From NCBI GenBank assembly GCA_963555755.3, contig OY820905.2:1696001-1760000 (forward strand): a stretch of 64,000 nucleotides of DNA, given 5' to 3'. The notes under the pieces were generated by a model that saw only the letters and a program-made list of their open reading frames with translations, did not search any database and was not told where the DNA came from. The stretch is from Nitrospirales bacterium. Lineage in GTDB: Bacteria; Nitrospirota; Nitrospiria; Nitrospirales; UBA8639. Of the stretch, positions 59,145 through 64,000 are shown in pieces. Made by a program: the position numbers and the translations under genes. Each line of letters opens with the position of its first letter. Position 1 is the first letter of the stretch.

Positions 59145-60647
59145 CTATGAATGAATACGTTTACGTTGACTGGCAGGGGCAATATGAAGCTCGGCTCGAT
59201 ATTTCGCAACGGTCCGTCGGGCAATCACGATACCACGGTATTTCAATCGGGCCACGATTTCTTGATCCTTGAGTGGTTTGCTCCCACTTTCATGAGCCAC
59301 CATTTCTCGAATGATTTCCCGAACGGTAAGAGAGGATAAATCTTCCGCCCCCGGATCTGAACGTTGAATGCCGGCGTTAAAGAAGAACTTTAATTCTAAC
59401 ATCCCTTGCGGGCAGTACATGTACTTATTCGTCGTCACTCGACTGATCGTGGATTCATGCATGCCGACATCTTCAGCCACATGCTTGAGCACCAAAGGCT
59501 TCAAATACTGAATGCCTTTGTCGAGAAACGATTCCTGAAAATGAATCAGGCTATGGACGACCTTTAAGATGGTTTTATTCCGTTGATCGAGACTGCGAAT
59601 AATCCATTGGGCTCCACGGAGTTTATCGTCGAGATATTCTTTGGTGGAGGCTGCCCCGTCACCGCCGCCCCCCATCATTTCCTTGTAATAGGGGCTGATC
59701 CGTACCCGAGGCAAACCATCTTCGTTTAGCAGGACGACCCATTCGCCTTCGTCTTTAAACACGAACACATCGGGGATAATGATTTGATTAGTATCTATAA
59801 AATAGGGTCGGCCAGGCTTGGGCTCTAACCCTGCAATGATATGGACCGCTGCATACACTTCATCGAGAGACACCCCGACTTCCTTGGCGATATTTTGATA
59901 TCGTTTTTTCTGGAGGTCCGGCAAATGATTGGCAACGATGGTTTTGAGCAACGAGTCAGGCCCCGCACCATTTTCTCCATGGTGACTATGCACCAACCCA
60001 TAATGAAGATGTCGTAGCTGTATATTTAAACATTCCTGTAGATCGCGCGCGCCAACCCCTGGGGGGTCAAACGTGTGAATCAGATCCAACGCATTCTCCA
60101 CTTGATGAAGCGAGACCTGAGCACCCTCAGCAATTTCTTCAAGAGAAGTCCGGATATAGCCATCTTCATCGATATTGCCGATTAAGATGGTACCGATCGC
60201 TTGCTCCGTTTCATTCACTGAGGATAAGCGCAATTGCCATAACAAATGATCTTCAAGAGAAGTGGGTTTTGTCAGGGTCTGTTCATAGGAAGGGAAATCT
60301 TCGTCTACAGTTGATGACGAAGTAGACGCTCCACCAGCCCGCCAATCGCTTTCATAATAATTATCCCATTCTTCTGAGGAAAGTGATTCTGAAAATTCTG
60401 TCTGCTCAACCTCACCACTGGATTCTCCATCGGCTGAAACAGTTTCTTTCCCTTCGGTCGGACTATCCGTCCCCTCTTCTTCCTCAACCTCACTCTCACC
60501 TTCTTCGAGTAACGGGTTCTCTATGAGATGCTGAGAAAGCGTTTGCTGAAGCTCAAGTCTTGATAATTGAAGAAGCTTAATCGCTTGCTGAAGTTGGGGA
60601 GTCATCACCAACTTCTGAGTCAGCTTCAACTCTAGTCGTAATTCCAT
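59145..60647 (-). CDS. rpoN: RNA polymerase sigma-54 factor
   Basis: MTPQLQQAIKLLQL, HESTISR, RpoN box ARRTVAKYR. Confidence 0.97.
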   Translation of the reverse strand: MELRLELKLTQKLVMTPQLQQAIKLLQLSRLELQQTLSQHLIENPLLEEGESEVEEEEGTDSPTEGKETVSADGESSGEVEQTEFSESLSSEEWDNYYESDWRAGGASTSSSTVDEDFPSYEQTLTKPTSLEDHLLWQLRLSSVNETEQAIGTILIGNIDEDGYIRTSLEEIAEGAQVSLHQVENALDLIHTFDPPGVGARDLQECLNIQLRHLHYGLVHSHHGENGAGPDSLLKTIVANHLPDLQKKRYQNIAKEVGVSLDEVYAAVHIIAGLEPKPGRPYFIDTNQIIIPDVFVFKDEGEWVVLLNEDGLPRVRISPYYKEMMGGGGDGAASTKEYLDDKLRGAQWIIRSLDQRNKTILKVVHSLIHFQESFLDKGIQYLKPLVLKHVAEDVGMHESTISRVTTNKYMYCPQGMLELKFFFNAGIQRSDPGAEDLSSLTVREIIREMVAHESGSKPLKDQEIVARLKYRGIVIARRTVAKYRAELHIAPASQRKRIHS

Positions 60648-60678
60648 GCACTCACTCCCAAACCCTAACGAAAAGACA

Positions 60679-61428
60679 TTACAGTTTAAATCGCTTACCC
60701 AAATATATTGCTCTGGCTTGAGGACTACTGACGACCACTTCCGGCTTCCCCTCTTCCAAGATCGACCCTTCGTTAATTATATAGGCTCGATCCGTTATGG
60801 AAAGGGTTTCTTGCACATTATGGTCGGTAATTAAAATACCAATGTTGTTCTTTTTCAATGACTGAATAATTTCCTGAATGTCGGCCACGGCAATCGGGTC
60901 AATCCCCGCAAATGGTTCATCCAATAGTAAAAAACTCGGGTTGGTCGCCAGAGCCCTGGTGATCTCCAATCTTCGCCGTTCTCCACCAGATAGGGTGAAG
61001 GCTTGGCTCTTCCGAAGATTGGTCAGCCCAAGTTCATTCAACAATTCATCTACCCGAGTATGACGTTCCCTTTTAGAAAGGGAAAGCGTCTCTAATACGG
61101 CCAGGATGTTCTCTTCGACCGACAGGCGCCGAAACACGGAGGCTTCTTGAGGTAGATAGCCGATTCCTCGGCGAGCCCGTTGATACATGGGCAGATGCGT
61201 AATGGATTCACGATTGAGGAGAATCTGCCCCTGATCGGGTTGACATAATCCCACCACCATATCGAAAATCGTGGTTTTCCCCGCGCCATTGGGCCCAAGG
61301 AGCCCAACAATCTCCCCCGCCTCTACATCGATAGACACGCCACAAACGACTTCTCGCCCCTTAAAACTCTTTCTCAGTTGCTTCGCATATATACGGTTCT
61401 GCTGCATGAGGTCCCAAAAAGCACGCAC
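60679..61428 (-). CDS. lptB: LPS export ABC ATPase LptB
   Basis: [39 protein letters not shown]. Confidence 0.96.
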   Translation of the reverse strand: MRAFWDLMQQNRIYAKQLRKSFKGREVVCGVSIDVEAGEIVGLLGPNGAGKTTIFDMVVGLCQPDQGQILLNRESITHLPMYQRARRGIGYLPQEASVFRRLSVEENILAVLETLSLSKRERHTRVDELLNELGLTNLRKSQAFTLSGGERRRLEITRALATNPSFLLLDEPFAGIDPIAVADIQEIIQSLKKNNIGILITDHNVQETLSITDRAYIINEGSILEEGKPEVVVSSPQARAIYLGKRFKL

Positions 61429-61458
61429 TTCCTATCTTTATTAGACTTGGGGAAAGCC

Positions 61459-61998
61459 CTATTCTTCACCCTCCGGGTCTTCCTGAAGAATCACATGAGC
61501 CCCCCCCTCCACAACACTACGCTCTTCTTTTAAGTAAAACGTCATCCGCGACCCTGTGATACGCGTTCCCTTCTGCCACGCCACAGGGGATTCCGTGAGC
61601 ACGACCTTCTCTTCATCTTTGTAATACACGGCTCGACCACTCGTAGCCCTTACTTCGGCCTTTTCAATGATGACTCTTCCTTGAGCTTCAACGACATCTA
61701 CTTGTTGCCCGAACGAGTCATCTGAAGATTTCTCGGTTTTCCTAGGTTGGTCTTTTTTAAAGTATACCGTCATGCGATCGGCCCGGATCACCATATCGTC
61801 ACGCGTTAACACAACGGACTTCTCAAAGATGGCCTTTTGAGATTTCCCTTGCACGATCATGGTCCCAGACGTGATGGTCGTCGGATTTCGGGAAGCCGCC
61901 AGAGCCGATCTGGCATAAAGCCCTCCCGCAAGGACGCTAACCACCAAGACCAACTCAAGCCAGATGATGTGCTTAGGAGGACGATTGAACACGGACAT
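61459..61998 (-). CDS. lptA: LptA/OstA family periplasmic LPS transporter
   Basis: Signal peptide, TITS, IRADRMTV, beta-jellyroll pattern; lptCAB synteny. Confidence 0.85.
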   Translation of the reverse strand: MSVFNRPPKHIIWLELVLVVSVLAGGLYARSALAASRNPTTITSGTMIVQGKSQKAIFEKSVVLTRDDMVIRADRMTVYFKKDQPRKTEKSSDDSFGQQVDVVEAQGRVIIEKAEVRATSGRAVYYKDEEKVVLTESPVAWQKGTRITGSRMTFYLKEERSVVEGGAHVILQEDPEGEE

Positions 61999-62539
61999 GA
62001 TCCAGCACTGAAAATTCCTCGGATTCAAGGTGCCCGACTAACCCAATGCCGGTAATGGTGAGACCATTACCCTGAATAGTGACCGGATGAGGTGTTCGAA
62101 TTTCTTGGTTCGCGTCAACCCAATGGATATGAGGCGTGAGAATGGTGTACCCATTCGCAAATTCAATGGCAATGAGTTCTTTTTGATTGCGTAATTCAAA
62201 ATCATTCGTCGTGGTATTAATCATTCCCTCATCAGCGTGCAGCACCATCTCCTCGCCATCATGTCCAAAAAATCGCAATTGGACATCCTGTAGAGTGACC
62301 TCATGCCGTGCTTCAAAGACTTCGGCCTTCTGTGCAGCGACCTCCCATTGCACCATGCCATCTTTTGTTTGACGATACACGAACCCTTCCATCCCGGCAT
62401 CGGCTTCTTCAAGAAGGGGAGAAACCACGGAGGAGGGTGGAGCATTCGTGCGCACTTGCCCAATGACGACGAATACCAAAAAAGCCGCGAGGCCAAGGAT
62501 GATTCCACCTAATGTCCATCTCATGAACCGGTTGAACAT
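61973..62539 (-). CDS. lptC: LPS export protein LptC
   Basis: N-terminal TM, WEVAAQKA, ITGIGL; GGTGAGG RBS. Confidence 0.85.
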   Translation of the reverse strand: MFNRFMRWTLGGIILGLAAFLVFVVIGQVRTNAPPSSVVSPLLEEADAGMEGFVYRQTKDGMVQWEVAAQKAEVFEARHEVTLQDVQLRFFGHDGEEMVLHADEGMINTTTNDFELRNQKELIAIEFANGYTILTPHIHWVDANQEIRTPHPVTIQGNGLTITGIGLVGHLESEEFSVLDHVRVQSSS

Positions 62540-63059
62540 TCTAGCCTCACCCCATTTATGATTTTGGTACGATGACAAAAAAGAATAGCATACGCCCCTG
62601 TCCAAGTAAACTACACTTTCTTGACAAGGCAACAGAATAATTCAACGATATCAAATAGTTAGAATAATATTCGAAGTGCTAGCAGGTAAGCAATTCTTTG
62701 CGGATCATGCAGAATTTAGGGTTCTGGCAGCACAATACGATCAGGTGCCAATAAAGTTATGGCACTCCTCGTGGGTTATGTCGCCTCTCCTTTTGAGCGA
62801 ATGGCGTCGTCTTGTATTGTTAGGTCGCTGCAGCATCTCATGCTGCCTCTTCCTGGCGTCATAGCCCCTTGGTCCGTGGGAAGAGGGCACGATACGATCG
62901 TGCAACTACACAAGAAAGAACGCTCACAGGAAGCAACGCCATGGCCAAGAAACTCCATGTGGCCAGAATTGGATGGCGGTAGGATAGAACCATATATTCT
63001 GTATGATCCTTCTTTGCGTGATACAAAGAACTGCAGGTCAAGAGGACATGAGGAAGGCC

Positions 63060-63479
63060 TTACTTTTTCTCGGTATCGGTATCAGGTGTCCCTTCAGAGT
63101 CTTGTTCAGGTTCCACCGATGCGTCACGCGCAATCAGTTCCAATGCCACAAGTTCAGCCCCATCGCCAGGACGGCGCCTGGTCGGAATGATCCGGGTATA
63201 CCCTCCGGAACGACCACGAAATCGCCCCGCGACATCATCAAATAGTTTTGACACAATGTCTTTCTTTTGAATAAAACTCAGAGCCTGCCGTCTGGCATGC
63301 AGACTGCCGTTCTTGCCCAAGGTAATCATTTTCTCGGCCAGCCCTCGGATCTCTTTGGCTTTGGCCTCAGTCGTTTCAATCCGCTCGTGTTCCAACAAGG
63401 ATGTGACAAGGTTCCGGAACAGGGCATGACGATGTTTTGAATTTCGACCAAGCTGTCTGCCTTTTTTTCGGTGCCGCAC
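63060..63479 (-). CDS. rplQ: 50S ribosomal protein L17
   Basis: MRHRKKGRQLGR, TTEAKAKE, GGYTRI. Confidence 0.97.
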   Translation of the reverse strand: MRHRKKGRQLGRNSKHRHALFRNLVTSLLEHERIETTEAKAKEIRGLAEKMITLGKNGSLHARRQALSFIQKKDIVSKLFDDVAGRFRGRSGGYTRIIPTRRRPGDGAELVALELIARDASVEPEQDSEGTPDTDTEKK

Positions 63480-63508
63480 GGAGTGACTCTCTTTCTACAG
63501 GCGTTGGC

Positions 63509-64000
63509 TTATTTCGAGTTCGTAAGGTTGACGGGTTCACTCTTGATCCCCAACCCTAATCCCATTTCCGCCAAGACGTCTTTAATTTCATTTAAAGATT
63601 TTTTCCCAAAATTTTTGGTTTTCAACATTTCCATTTCTGTGCGATACACCAAATCTCCAATGGTCTTGATATTGGCATTTTTCAAGCAATTCGCAGCTCG
63701 AACGGAAAGCTCTAATTCATTGACGCTTCGTGCCAAATTGTTATGTAATTCAGCCTGCGCCTCGGATTGCGAGGAATCGGGTTCGACTTCTCGCATCTCT
63801 TCGCTCGGAATACAAATGGCCAAGTGCTCACGCAGAATCCCCGCAGCAGAGGAGATGGCCTCTTGGGGGGTCAGACTTCCATCAGTCCAAATTTCAAGAT
63901 TCAACCGATCGTAATCCGTCATCCTCCCCACCCGTGCATTTTCCACATTGAAATTGACACGCTTGATCGGGGAAAAAATCGAATCCACCGGAACGACTCC
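63509..64000 (-). CDS. rpoA: RNA polymerase alpha subunit (C-terminal part; runs off the window)
   Basis: [38 protein letters not shown]. Confidence 0.97.
   Translation of the reverse strand, partial: GVVPVDSIFSPIKRVNFNVENARVGRMTDYDRLNLEIWTDGSLTPQEAISSAAGILREHLAICIPSEEMREVEPDSSQSEAQAELHNNLARSVNELELSVRAANCLKNANIKTIGDLVYRTEMEMLKTKNFGKKSLNEIKDVLAEMGLGLGIKSEPVNLTNSK

Noticed and set aside
62640..63059. Small ORFs or RNA in the rplQ-lptC spacer
   Set aside because: No recognisable motif, RBS-ORF pairing or stable structure

Overview
Chromosomal, mostly core-genome window (~50% GC), most likely from a Nitrospirales/Nitrospirota bacterium. That placement is inferred from a five-subunit 2-oxoacid:ferredoxin oxidoreductase of the reductive-TCA type, the gene order and Nitrospira-like palindromic repeats. 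Housekeeping blocks include pilD/fimT, rlmB-cysS-surE, for/por, tadA with tRNA-Ser(CGA), coaBC-rpoZ-gmk-yicC-nth-hflX-tsaD-clpC, nadK, glnD-nadE, aroBC, pilMNOP, rapZ-rpoN-lptBAC and rplQ-rpoA. Non-obvious content: (1) a GAF-GAF-ANTAR gene followed directly by an ANTAR-type RNA hairpin overlapping an intrinsic terminator in the leader of nadE(-glnD), a candidate antitermination circuit on NAD synthesis and nitrogen sensing; (2) at least five families of 120-190 bp palindromic MITE-like elements that nest up to four deep, target stop codons, rewrite protein C-termini, and in most families share a covarying hairpin core; (3) a circularly permuted ATP-grasp / alpha-E::transglutaminase fusion / ACT-malic enzyme operon; (4) a probable ATC start codon for hflX; (5) an ISAs1-like element end with a DUF4338 ORF at the left edge; (6) small unannotated ORFs and an sRNA candidate. 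All family assignments come from motif recognition by eye; no database searches were run.
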